From the sequence record OQ938542.1: DNA of 64,000 nucleotides; one strand, 5' to 3'. Positions 8,507 to 17,208 of the stretch are shown here, piece by piece. Position 1 is the stretch's first letter. Each line of letters opens with the position of its first letter. Below the pieces are notes generated by a model. That model did not search any database. It worked only from the letters and a program-made list of their open reading frames with translations, and was not told the origin of the DNA. Origin of the DNA: Escherichia phage vB_EcoP_PE007. Position numbers and translations under genes: made by a program.

Positions 8507-9340
8507 ATGCCAACTTTAAAAGTAGGTTTTAACAAAACCACTAATGTTGCAACTGTACTGGATGCCAGTGGTTCTATCCCAGGTGGTTCCGTAGAAGTAG
8601 GAACCTTTGTACACCCAGATGCCACTTACCCTGATAGCTTAGTTATCTTCCATGGTGTTCGTGACCTGCTGTATAAACGTTCTGCTAAAGACCCAAGTAA
8701 AGTAGGCTTCTGGCCTAACAACATCGTGGATATGCAGTCTATCTCTATTGATATGAAAGCTACTCCACGACTGACTATTGCTACCAAACTGCCACGTGTA
8801 GTCTCTGCTATTGAAGGTGAAGATATTAACTGGCACGTTGATGTAGCAGGTGGGAAAGCACCATTTACTTATAAATGGCAATTCAAAGCTGATACTGCTG
8901 GTGCAGCATTCGCTGATATTAGCTCCAGTACTAACCCATCTGCTGCTACTGCAACATTGACCCTTAATGATGTAACAGCTACTTCTGCTGGTACTTACAA
9001 AGTGATTGTTACTGATGCTAATGGAACCACGGTAGAGGATGGGTCACTATTAGCTGTAGGCTATTACGAAGCAAGCTCACTGGTAGCTACTCCTGCTTCA
9101 CTGGCTCTGTCTGTTGCTGCCGATGCTGTTGCTGGTAAGACTGTAACAATTGTTGCTATGCCCGTTGGTTCATCTGCTGGTACTTTGTCTATCAAGACTG
9201 CTCCAGATTCTGCTCGTGCTACGGCTACCATTGCTGGTAACGTACTGACAGTTAAACCAGTGGCTGCTGGTGATACTACTTCTGTAGTAGTTACCAACGG
9301 TATAGTCGATGTAACCATCCCTGTTACTGTTGCAGAATAA
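8507..9340 (+). CDS. Ig-like domain protein, candidate capsid decoration protein (N4 gp17-like position)
   Basis: ATG 8507 with GAGGA RBS; 277 aa; Ig-like sequence features (FTYKWQF...TSAGTYKVIVTD); sits just after RNAPII genes. Confidence 0.5.
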   Translation: MPTLKVGFNKTTNVATVLDASGSIPGGSVEVGTFVHPDATYPDSLVIFHGVRDLLYKRSAKDPSKVGFWPNNIVDMQSISIDMKATPRLTIATKLPRVVSAIEGEDINWHVDVAGGKAPFTYKWQFKADTAGAAFADISSSTNPSAATATLTLNDVTATSAGTYKVIVTDANGTTVEDGSLLAVGYYEASSLVATPASLALSVAADAVAGKTVTIVAMPVGSSAGTLSIKTAPDSARATATIAGNVLTVKPVAAGDTTSVVVTNGIVDVTIPVTVAE

Positions 9341-9362
9341 TAGTACTTCTTTTTGTGGTTAT

Positions 9363-9388
9363 AGCCCTCCTTAGTGAGGGCTTTCTTG
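9363..9388 (+). terminator. stem-loop, probable terminator
   Basis: agccctc/gagggct stem, weak T tract. Confidence 0.45.
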
Positions 9389-9407
9389 TATCTATAGGAG
9401 AGTAAAA

Positions 9408-9716
9408 ATGACACAGAAATTACGTGTATGGCACATTCCCCAAATGCCAATGAAGGCATTTCATGTAGAAACTGATAGTCTTCAGGAAGCTGTTAAGATT
9501 AAGAATGCGTTAGCAGACTATGACCTATTCCAGTATGAGAACAATGTCAAAGGCGATTATGCTAATGCTAACGGTATTGAGATGTGGGATGAGTCCCTCA
9601 CTGACCAAGACCTTATTGATAGGGAATTGGAGGACCGTTGGGTAGATTGGTATATTGAAACTGAAGACGATTTCTTTGATGACCCAGAAGAATATCTGAA
9701 TTATCTAATCAAGTAA
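9408..9716 (+). CDS. acidic hypothetical protein
   Basis: 102 aa, strongly acidic C-terminal half. Confidence 0.5.
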   Translation: MTQKLRVWHIPQMPMKAFHVETDSLQEAVKIKNALADYDLFQYENNVKGDYANANGIEMWDESLTDQDLIDRELEDRWVDWYIETEDDFFDDPEEYLNYLIK

Positions 9717-9769
9717 GTATGATTGCTTTATTTGGGGTTATAAACCCTGAAATGAAACCCTCAAGTTTG

Positions 9770-9798
9770 ACCTCCCTATTGAAGGGAGGTCTTTTTTT
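9770..9798 (+). terminator. intrinsic terminator
   Basis: acctccc/gggaggt stem plus ttttttt. Confidence 0.7.
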
Positions 9799-9823
9799 GA
9801 CTTAAACATCCTGGAGCCAGGAA

Positions 9824-10012
9824 ATGTACAAAGAGATTGCGTTTTTCTCATTCTTACTAGGTGGTTTGATAGGTGCAGGATTTGTAGCTATTTCTAATAC
9901 CTACTTTGGTTCTACTCCAAACTCTGTAACACAAACCCTCAAGCATGAATGTGAATTGAATATCCCTCGTAATCAAAACTGTGTAATGCAGTTCGTACCG
10001 GAGAAGAAATGA
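9824..10012 (+). CDS. small membrane protein
   Basis: 62 aa with hydrophobic N-terminal segment. Confidence 0.45.
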   Translation: MYKEIAFFSFLLGGLIGAGFVAISNTYFGSTPNSVTQTLKHECELNIPRNQNCVMQFVPEKK

Positions 10013-10269
10013 ATATTCATAATCTACATTTGGTTGAAAAACTGTATGAAGAATACAACGACAACCGACAGCAATTAGCTAGTTTGAAGAAAGCTCCACA
10101 TATGGTGAAAGTATCCTTTTACGATAAGGATTTAGGACCGCAAGCTCGTACAAGAATACTACCTGAGCTACTGTCATTTTATCAAAATAAGGTAGATGAC
10201 TTAGAGAAACGCCTGAAGCATTTAGGTGTAGATTTATCAACGCTACCGGATGAAGGAGAAGATGAGTGA
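10009..10269 (+). CDS. hypothetical protein
   Basis: 86-aa ORF, overlapping start/stop. Confidence 0.5.
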   Translation: MNIHNLHLVEKLYEEYNDNRQQLASLKKAPHMVKVSFYDKDLGPQARTRILPELLSFYQNKVDDLEKRLKHLGVDLSTLPDEGEDE

Positions 10270-10475
10270 AAGTAACAAATCGTTCTGAGAACAATGAGGT
10301 AACTTTCGGTGATGTGGAGCCTGCTAATGGTTTTATTTATAACCAGACAGTGTGTTTAAAGATTCACTTACCTGATGGTAAACCTGCTGCTGTTGCTGTA
10401 GAAACTGGTAAATCATTCTGTCTATCTGCAAGTACATTCGTAACACCAATAAACCTGGAAGGATATTACCTTTGA
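10266..10475 (+). CDS. hypothetical protein
   Basis: 69-aa ORF. Confidence 0.45.
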   Translation: MKVTNRSENNEVTFGDVEPANGFIYNQTVCLKIHLPDGKPAAVAVETGKSFCLSASTFVTPINLEGYYL

Positions 10476-10657
10476 AATTAACACAGTCCCAAGCAATCTT
10501 CCTTCGTATGGTTCAAGGTGGCTCTGCCACCAGCAACCGTAATAACAAAACCGCACAGTCTCTTAAAAAGCTGGGCTTAGTTCAGTTCAATACTGGTCTT
10601 GGGTGGTCATTAACCCCTATCGGTGTACTTCAACTCAACGAAATGAAAGGTAACTAA
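10472..10657 (+). CDS. hypothetical protein
   Basis: 61-aa ORF. Confidence 0.45.
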   Translation: MKLTQSQAIFLRMVQGGSATSNRNNKTAQSLKKLGLVQFNTGLGWSLTPIGVLQLNEMKGN

Positions 10658-10987
10658 ATGAAAACTTTACTTAAAGGTATTGCAGTAGCTGCACTGATAG
10701 CTTTGGCCCCAAGTGCACAGGCAATTGAACCAGAACCAATTCTGGAAGGTGCTCAGGCTTACCTGGATGACACCCGTGATGTGTTCGGGCAAGGGTTCTT
10801 CATGGGCAGCATGGTTGCTTACATTGAGAACACAAATAACTGTGTTCCTGATGGTATTAAGTATTCAAGCATTCTGCCTAAGATTGCCAAAGTAGTTATT
10901 TATGACTCTGCGATCCTTAAGATGAAGAATACATCTCAAATTATTGCGTACTCAGTGCACAAGGCATATCCCTGCACCAAATCTTAA
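10658..10987 (+). CDS. secreted/periplasmic protein with signal peptide
   Basis: 109 aa; N-terminus MKTLLKGIAVAALIALAPSAQA is a classic Sec signal with AxA cleavage site. Confidence 0.5.
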   Translation: MKTLLKGIAVAALIALAPSAQAIEPEPILEGAQAYLDDTRDVFGQGFFMGSMVAYIENTNNCVPDGIKYSSILPKIAKVVIYDSAILKMKNTSQIIAYSVHKAYPCTKS

Positions 10988-11021
10988 TTAGTAATTCCAT
11001 TAGCTTTAGGAGAGTAAGTAA

Positions 11022-12074
11022 ATGGCAAGCATTGACTCCTTGACCGTATGTAATTCACGTCAAGCCCGTAACTTTATTATCCGTGCCTTGAAAGCAGGTA
11101 ACGTACCGTTCCTGACTTCATCCCCGGGTATGGGTAAATCTGCAATCATTCGTTCTATTGCAGAAGAATTTGGTATGAAGCTGATAGATCATCGTCTGTC
11201 TACTTCTGCCCCAGAAGACCTGTCTGGCTTACCATTCCGTAATGGTGACCGTGCAGAGTTTATTCCATTCGCTGACTTATTCCCCATTGAAGGGGATGAA
11301 GTACCAGAAGGGTATAATGGCTGGCTCCTGTTCCTTGATGAGTTCAACTCAGCTAAGAAAGAGGTAGTGGCTGCTGCATACAAACTAATTCTCGACCGTA
11401 TGACTGGTCAGAAAAAACTTCATCCTAATGTGATGATTGTATGCGCTGGTAACAAAGCTACTGACCGTGCCATTGTTAACCCATTAGGTACTGCAATGCA
11501 GTCCCGTGTGGTTCACTTTGAAATGGAACTTAACTTCGACATCTTTGTTGAAGACGTAATGATTCCTCAGCAATGGGATGAACGTCTGGTTGCATTCTTA
11601 CATGCTAATCCAGGCTATCTGCATGACTTCGACCCAGCTCATAAGAACAAAACGTTCTGTTGTCCTCGTACTTGGGACTTTGTTAATAAAGACCTCAAGA
11701 ACCTGCCAGAAGGTGCTCTTCCTGATGAAGATTCTATCTACTATGCAGGTCACGTTACTGCTGGTAAGGCTACAGAGTTTGTTCAGTTTACTCAGGTATA
11801 TAATCGTATCATTACGATTGAGAAGGTAGTCAAAGACCCACTGGGCTGTGCACTACCGGAAGATAACAACCTGTGTTGGGCTACCGTTAACCATCTGGCT
11901 AACAAGACTACTGAAGAGAACTTTGTTGATGTTCTTCAGTACATTGAACGCTTTAAAACGTTCACCCATAAGATTCTGTACTTCCGCACAGTAGGCAAGG
12001 CTTTACCAGAAATTCAGGCTACACCTGAATGGCGTAAGGCTGCTGCTAACGTCTCTCGTTACATTCACGGATAA
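11022..12074 (+). CDS. MoxR-like AAA+ ATPase
   Basis: 350 aa; Walker A SSPGMGKSA, Walker B LLFLDEFNSA. Confidence 0.6.
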   Translation: MASIDSLTVCNSRQARNFIIRALKAGNVPFLTSSPGMGKSAIIRSIAEEFGMKLIDHRLSTSAPEDLSGLPFRNGDRAEFIPFADLFPIEGDEVPEGYNGWLLFLDEFNSAKKEVVAAAYKLILDRMTGQKKLHPNVMIVCAGNKATDRAIVNPLGTAMQSRVVHFEMELNFDIFVEDVMIPQQWDERLVAFLHANPGYLHDFDPAHKNKTFCCPRTWDFVNKDLKNLPEGALPDEDSIYYAGHVTAGKATEFVQFTQVYNRIITIEKVVKDPLGCALPEDNNLCWATVNHLANKTTEENFVDVLQYIERFKTFTHKILYFRTVGKALPEIQATPEWRKAAANVSRYIHG

Positions 12075-12081
12075 TCACAAC

Positions 12082-13257
12082 ATGAACCAATTTCCTCAGC
12101 ACACACTTAGTGATGAACAACTCATGCGTGAGTATGACCGTATTCAGGCTCAAGCCTTCCTGGGTAAGTCTGCTGCGTTCTTTGGTTCATTGCTGTGTAG
12201 TCTTAAATTCTCATGGAAACGCGAGGATTGCCCCACTGCATGTACTGATGGGATAGAACTCCATTTCAACCCAGACTTCTTTATCTGGATGTGTCCAGAT
12301 GCAAGAGAAACAGTATTAATGCACGAGTTATGGCATGTGGCATATCTACATGACATTCGTCGTGGAAGCCGTGACCCGGAAGTCTGGAACCAGGCTTGTG
12401 ACCACTTCATTAACCTTCAGTTAGAAGAGGATGGTTACAAGTTCACTGGTATTGACAAAGGCATTTGCAAAGACCCTCAATATAAGGATTGGGTCGAAGA
12501 AGACATCTACGATGACCTGATGAAGAACCCTCAGAAAAGGCAGAAGCCGTCAGGGGGTGCTGGAGCAGGTCTTGCTGGCGACATAAAATCCCCCACTTCG
12601 GGGCAGTCCCAGGGTGCTGTTGTCAACAACGTAGTTCGTGCAATGCAGAGCCAGAAAATGGCTGGTGGACAGATGCCTGGTAAGGGTGCTGGACGTATGG
12701 AAGAGGTTATTACCCAATTCCTTAAACCAGTGGTTCCTTGGCAGGAAGTTCTGATGAACTTCTTTACCGACATTGATGACACTCACTATACGTGGGCCAG
12801 ACCAAACCGTCGTTATACTGACACCTATCTACCTTCACTGGAAGATGATGAAGGACGCCTACGACACTTAGCTTATTTTGAGGATGTATCCGGTTCTATT
12901 AGTAGTGCTGACTCTCTGCGTTTTAACTCAGAGGTTGCCTACGTTAAGAGCCAGTTCAATCCTAAGAAGATGTCCCTAATTACCTTCGACGATATTATCC
13001 AGGAAGAAATAGACATCACTGAAGAAGATACTTTCGAAGAAATTAAAATTACTGGTCGTGGTGGTACAAGCCTCGTGCCTGTACGAGATTGGATTATTAA
13101 GAATAAGCCAACCGCTGCAATCATATTCTCCGATATGTATGTTCGTCCAATGGAAGAATTGCCATTTGATATCCCTATCATCTGGTGTGTTCTGAATAAT
13201 CCCAATGCTACCGTACCTTTTGGGGAGGTAGTTCATATCCCTAAAGGAATGAAATAA
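12082..13257 (+). CDS. vWA-domain protein with N-terminal HExxH motif (DUF2201-like)
   Basis: 391 aa; MHELWH motif; MIDAS-like DVSGS; directly follows AAA+ ATPase. Confidence 0.55.
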   Translation: MNQFPQHTLSDEQLMREYDRIQAQAFLGKSAAFFGSLLCSLKFSWKREDCPTACTDGIELHFNPDFFIWMCPDARETVLMHELWHVAYLHDIRRGSRDPEVWNQACDHFINLQLEEDGYKFTGIDKGICKDPQYKDWVEEDIYDDLMKNPQKRQKPSGGAGAGLAGDIKSPTSGQSQGAVVNNVVRAMQSQKMAGGQMPGKGAGRMEEVITQFLKPVVPWQEVLMNFFTDIDDTHYTWARPNRRYTDTYLPSLEDDEGRLRHLAYFEDVSGSISSADSLRFNSEVAYVKSQFNPKKMSLITFDDIIQEEIDITEEDTFEEIKITGRGGTSLVPVRDWIIKNKPTAAIIFSDMYVRPMEELPFDIPIIWCVLNNPNATVPFGEVVHIPKGMK

Positions 13258-13763
13258 TGGTTGTTAATGGTAATTCTCTATATCGTTCATCTCAGTTGCT
13301 GGATGTCCCAGACCGTAAGATATCCGAACATGGTGTAAGCTATGGATTGGGTGAAGCTGGTTACGATATTCGTATCAAACAAGATATTACCTTCTATCGC
13401 TTATTTGGGTTGATTCCAATGGTGAAAGTCGTTGATGGAAACAAAGTATCACGCCATCTCGGTAAATTCACATTGGCTTCAGCAATTGAGAAGTTCAACA
13501 TGTCCCCATCCTGTGTAGCTATCGTTCACGATAAGTCTACGTGGGCAAGACGTGCATTATCAGTGTTCAATACCGTAATAGAACCAGGATGGAAAGGGTA
13601 TCTCACCCTTGAACTGGTCTATCATGGTCGTAAGAAATTGCATATCCCAGCTGGTGCTGGGATAGCTCAAGTATTATTTCATCTGGTTCAAGAACCTGCT
13701 AATTACAATGGCAAGTATATGAACCAGGAAAACAAACCAGTAGCTGCAAGAAGCAGTAAATAA
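13257..13763 (+). CDS. dcd: dCTP deaminase / dUTPase-superfamily protein
   Basis: 168 aa; EPGWKGYLTLEL...AGAGIAQVLFH resembles dCTP deaminase core motifs. Confidence 0.6.
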   Translation: MVVNGNSLYRSSQLLDVPDRKISEHGVSYGLGEAGYDIRIKQDITFYRLFGLIPMVKVVDGNKVSRHLGKFTLASAIEKFNMSPSCVAIVHDKSTWARRALSVFNTVIEPGWKGYLTLELVYHGRKKLHIPAGAGIAQVLFHLVQEPANYNGKYMNQENKPVAARSSK

Positions 13764-13772
13764 GGAAACAAC

Positions 13773-13982
13773 ATGTCAATATTTCAAGTAACTCATGCAA
13801 CCTCAGATGTACGTGTAACCATTAATGCTGCAAATGTAGTAGGAGTGGAACAAATTCCACTGTCTGATTGTGCACGTATCACATTCGTAAATGATAGTAC
13901 TATGGACACCAAAGAAACCTATCGTTCGGTACGTAATTACCTGAAGAAAGCTCTTGCTCCTACAAGCAAAGACGCTGAGTAA
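13773..13982 (+). CDS. hypothetical protein
   Basis: 69-aa ORF. Confidence 0.45.
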   Translation: MSIFQVTHATSDVRVTINAANVVGVEQIPLSDCARITFVNDSTMDTKETYRSVRNYLKKALAPTSKDAE

Positions 13983-13995
13983 GTAACTGCCTAAA

Positions 13996-14019
13996 TAGCC
14001 CAGCATAGTTGGGCTATTT
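13996..14019 (+). terminator. stem-loop, possible terminator
   Basis: tagccca/tgggcta stem; short T tract. Confidence 0.4.
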
Positions 14020-14055
14020 GTGAAGAAACTAACTCAACCCCACATAGGAACCATC

Positions 14056-14298
14056 ATGGAATCTTTAGCAGCAATCCTTGTTATGTTGTTTGTATTAGCT
14101 GTATACCTTATCCCTACTATCATTGCTTTCTCACGAGGCCATGCCTCTAAGTGGGGTATTGGTGTGCTTAATATCGTATTAGGCTGGTCTTTAGTCTTCT
14201 GGGTAGTAGCACTGATTTGGTCGCTGTCCAACAAAGGACAGAACCAAGTTACAAATGTAACTGTTGTCCAAACCAATGGTGGCAGTAAAGCAGAGTAA
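14056..14298 (+). CDS. superinfection-immunity (Imm)-like small membrane protein
   Basis: ATG 14056 with AGGAA RBS; 80 aa, two hydrophobic helices; IPTIIAFSRGH...NIVLGWSLVFWVVALIWSL pattern recalled for Imm family. Confidence 0.5.
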   Translation: MESLAAILVMLFVLAVYLIPTIIAFSRGHASKWGIGVLNIVLGWSLVFWVVALIWSLSNKGQNQVTNVTVVQTNGGSKAE

Positions 14299-14370
14299 CT
14301 AATCGTAATAGTCTCATGAGGCTATTACTGGAAGTTACTTCCAGCTCATTGCTTATCCATCTCCTAATCC

Positions 14371-14397
14371 AAGCCCACCTAACCCGTGGGCTTTTTT
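14371..14397 (+). terminator. intrinsic terminator
   Basis: aagcccac/gtgggctt stem plus tttttt. Confidence 0.65.
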
Positions 14398-14413
14398 AAT
14401 TACAGGTACTCTT

Positions 14414-14794
14414 ATGTCAAACAGACGAAATGGTAAGTCTATCTTTCAAGGGATGGACTTCGGTAAGCTGGAACAAACTGCAATGCTTGCTTTGGGTAAA
14501 ACTGTCCATGACCAAGTGGAGAGTAAAATTGAATTAGATCTTTATGCAACAATGCAGACTCTTATTCAGAAAAAATGGATTACTAGCAGACCTTTTCCTT
14601 CATACATTCCCCCAGAACCACATCTGAAATCTAAGGTAGACCGTATCATAGATAAGTTCTGGCTTAGCCCGTGTTATGACGAAATGCATCTTTACTTGGC
14701 TCAAATACAAAAGAATCCTTATACCAAAGATGTATTTAAGGGCAAGAGCACTACCCATCACTACCCCTGGTATAGAAGAGGTAGTAAATACTAA
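14414..14794 (+). CDS. hypothetical protein
   Basis: 126-aa ORF. Confidence 0.5.
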   Translation: MSNRRNGKSIFQGMDFGKLEQTAMLALGKTVHDQVESKIELDLYATMQTLIQKKWITSRPFPSYIPPEPHLKSKVDRIIDKFWLSPCYDEMHLYLAQIQKNPYTKDVFKGKSTTHHYPWYRRGSKY

Positions 14795-15237
14795 TGCGTA
14801 TCCCATTCCTAAGAAAAAGAGAACGAAATCCTGTTCTTTATAATAAAGGCATAGAGGATGAGTATGAACTCAACCGTAAAGCCCGTTCCTACATAACAAA
14901 ATTATTCATGGGGACTAAAAACCCTGATAGATTATTAGACTTTGTTTTTGAACAAGTCTTTATCATATACAGCTTAGCTATGTCTGCTGGTTCACAAGAA
15001 GTAAGTGATAAGGCAAGAAATGCTCTCTGTATGCTCCGTAAAGAGTATGAAGCTCTCATGTATGGAGACTTGTACTCATTTAAGGAAGAAACCGCTGTAG
15101 CGTGTTCTGTGGCTCTTACTGAAGGTGTAGCAGTATTACAGGAACTACCTCGTAGTGAGTTTAAACTGGTATATGTTCAGGTTAAGAGAATCACAGAAAC
15201 GAGAAGTGGTATCACTAACTATCTAAGGTCATTCTAA
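14794..15237 (+). CDS. hypothetical protein
   Basis: 147-aa ORF. Confidence 0.5.
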   Translation: MRIPFLRKRERNPVLYNKGIEDEYELNRKARSYITKLFMGTKNPDRLLDFVFEQVFIIYSLAMSAGSQEVSDKARNALCMLRKEYEALMYGDLYSFKEETAVACSVALTEGVAVLQELPRSEFKLVYVQVKRITETRSGITNYLRSF

Positions 15238-16181
15238 TGATTAAGGCATCAGTAATTGCAGATTCCGTTCATCCAGAAACAGGAACCCGTATCACAACCT
15301 TTGAATTGGTTTATCCCCGATTCATTCACAGTGAGTTTATGACTCACCGTGTATTCAACCGCAATGCTTCAAGTAGCCGTGCTATTCCTACCTCTAAGTT
15401 AATCGAACAGGTTCGCAATGAACCAGTGATGCCAAGTCACTGGGGCAAGAACCAGAAAGGTATGCAAGCAGATGAAGAACTCACTCCTATGGAGATTGAG
15501 GATGCTAAGTTTATCTGGGATAACGCTGCATCTGCTGCTGCTGTGTATGCTGAACAGCTACGTCGTGGGCAAGTACATAAGCAGATTGTTAACCGCATTC
15601 TGGAACCATTCACTCATATCCGTGTAGTAGTAACTTCAACTAGCTGGGCTAATTTCTATGGACTGCGTGACCACAAAGATGCACAGCCAGAGATTCGTGA
15701 ACTGGCTCAAGCAATGCGTATGGCACATGAAGAAAGTACACCAAGGGCATTACCATATGGACAATGGCATCTGCCATATGTTGCTCATATTGATCGTGTT
15801 GGGGCTTACAATTTCTGCAAACGCAATCGAATTACACGCGATGAACCAAGTGATGCAGAAGTGCATGGACTACTCCTCAAAGTAAGTGCTGCACGCTGTG
15901 CCCGTGCCTCATATAACAACTTTGAGGGACGCCCTTCTACTATCGAAGAAGATCTTGGCTTATTCGCTAAGTTAGTAGAAAACCAACCTATTCATGCTTC
16001 TCCAACGGAACATCAGGCTACACCTATGAACCTTGGTGAGAAGTATGTGAATAACATGAACCCAGTTACCTGGGAACAAGGTGTTACATCCATGGATAAA
16101 GAAGGGAATCTGTACTCAGGTAACCTGCTCCACTTTATCCAATTCCGTAAATTAATTCCTGGTGAGACTATTACTGAATGA
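15237..16181 (+). CDS. thyX: thymidylate synthase, flavin-dependent (ThyX-like)
   Basis: 314 aa; THRVFNRNASSSRAIP resembles the ThyX RHRx7-8S signature. Confidence 0.5.
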   Translation: MIKASVIADSVHPETGTRITTFELVYPRFIHSEFMTHRVFNRNASSSRAIPTSKLIEQVRNEPVMPSHWGKNQKGMQADEELTPMEIEDAKFIWDNAASAAAVYAEQLRRGQVHKQIVNRILEPFTHIRVVVTSTSWANFYGLRDHKDAQPEIRELAQAMRMAHEESTPRALPYGQWHLPYVAHIDRVGAYNFCKRNRITRDEPSDAEVHGLLLKVSAARCARASYNNFEGRPSTIEEDLGLFAKLVENQPIHASPTEHQATPMNLGEKYVNNMNPVTWEQGVTSMDKEGNLYSGNLLHFIQFRKLIPGETITE

Positions 16182-16417
16182 AAAAACTAGCTCTATACGC
16201 AATGCTAATTAGTACCCTACTAACACTGACCTACGCATACAAAGTTGCCTTTGTCGTAGAAACAGATATGCAGTTCATTCGAGCTAGTATTCTGTTCTTT
16301 GTAAGCGAGATTGGTTTATGGTGTGTTTACTACTTTGCTCGTGACTACGAAGCAATTCGTGAGCAAGAAGAAGTGAAAAAACAAATGATACGATTTGTAG
16401 AACAAAATCGTAAGTAA
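16178..16417 (+). CDS. small membrane protein
   Basis: 79 aa with hydrophobic segments. Confidence 0.45.
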   Translation: MKKLALYAMLISTLLTLTYAYKVAFVVETDMQFIRASILFFVSEIGLWCVYYFARDYEAIREQEEVKKQMIRFVEQNRK

Positions 16418-16422
16418 ACCTA

Positions 16423-16448
16423 AGACCTCCTCCGGGAGGTCTTTTTTT
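16423..16448 (+). terminator. intrinsic terminator
   Basis: agacctcc-tccg-ggaggtct plus ttttttt. Confidence 0.7.
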
Positions 16449-16477
16449 GGTTTCAATTAACTCTTTTAGGAGGGCAT

Positions 16478-16690
16478 ATGCCTGCTAAATACCGTATCAA
16501 AGACACACCCGTAATGTGTGAGGGTGAGAAGGGCGACATTGTATATGCCTGTATCCAGGATGATTTCAATGCTGCTCAGATGCTAACCCAAATGACAAAT
16601 ACACTGCATGTGTCAGTAACACTGGACCCTACCGGTGACTATCCATGCTTCCCTATTCCTGCCCATAACCTGGAGCAAATTCATGATTAA
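16478..16690 (+). CDS. hypothetical protein
   Basis: 70-aa ORF with GGAGG RBS. Confidence 0.5.
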   Translation: MPAKYRIKDTPVMCEGEKGDIVYACIQDDFNAAQMLTQMTNTLHVSVTLDPTGDYPCFPIPAHNLEQIHD

Positions 16691-16997
16691 CCCTGAAGTA
16701 ATTCATAGTAAAACCGGTAAGGCTGTCCCACTCAGTGAGATTGCAGTAACTGGTGATATTGCTGCTTGTCCAGCAAACATTGCCTCTCTATGTATGTGCA
16801 TTGCTGCACTGGCAGAGGAACGTAAGTTATGGCTGGAGCCAAGCAAGGAAATGGTACTAGCTGGTATGGCTGAACTGAATGCACTTCTGAAAGAAATGTA
16901 TGACGAGAATGGTCAATTAGTTGAACCTACTGATGACCAAATTTCAGACGCTGTAGTATTTGTCCTTCAAGCAATGGCAGGTAAACGCAATGGTTAA
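16683..16997 (+). CDS. hypothetical protein
   Basis: ATG 16683 with GGAG RBS inside ORF 16635-16997; 104 aa. Confidence 0.45.
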   Translation: MINPEVIHSKTGKAVPLSEIAVTGDIAACPANIASLCMCIAALAEERKLWLEPSKEMVLAGMAELNALLKEMYDENGQLVEPTDDQISDAVVFVLQAMAGKRNG

Positions 16998-17181
16998 TGT
17001 AAATATCGCCTCAGAGAAAACGTATAGCATTCAGATTAATGGCTTAACTGAGTATCAAGTCTTATTCCTAATGAATGCTTTTCAAAATAGTCCAGTGGGT
17101 CACCATCCTAATGATGAACCACGAGAAGAAGCTGAACTTCGTAAAGCTATTTTTGATAAGTGTAAACAAGTTCTAATGTAA
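16990..17181 (+). CDS. hypothetical protein
   Basis: ATG 16990 overlapping previous stop; 63 aa. Confidence 0.4.
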   Translation: MVNVNIASEKTYSIQINGLTEYQVLFLMNAFQNSPVGHHPNDEPREEAELRKAIFDKCKQVLM

Positions 17182-17208
17182 GCAACATTTAATCTGGAGA
17201 GTAAATAA

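Noticed and set aside
12150-13236. - strand ORFs inside the vWA gene (12150-12410, 12531-12786, 12939-13236)
   Set aside because: Embedded antisense in a + strand gene with clear MIDAS/HExxH motifs; products are Pro/Ser/Gly-rich low-complexity.
15237-16181. ThyA-type thymidylate synthase
   Set aside because: Sequence lacks the ThyA active-site Cys context and instead shows an RHR...S-like ThyX signature; called ThyX-like with moderate confidence.
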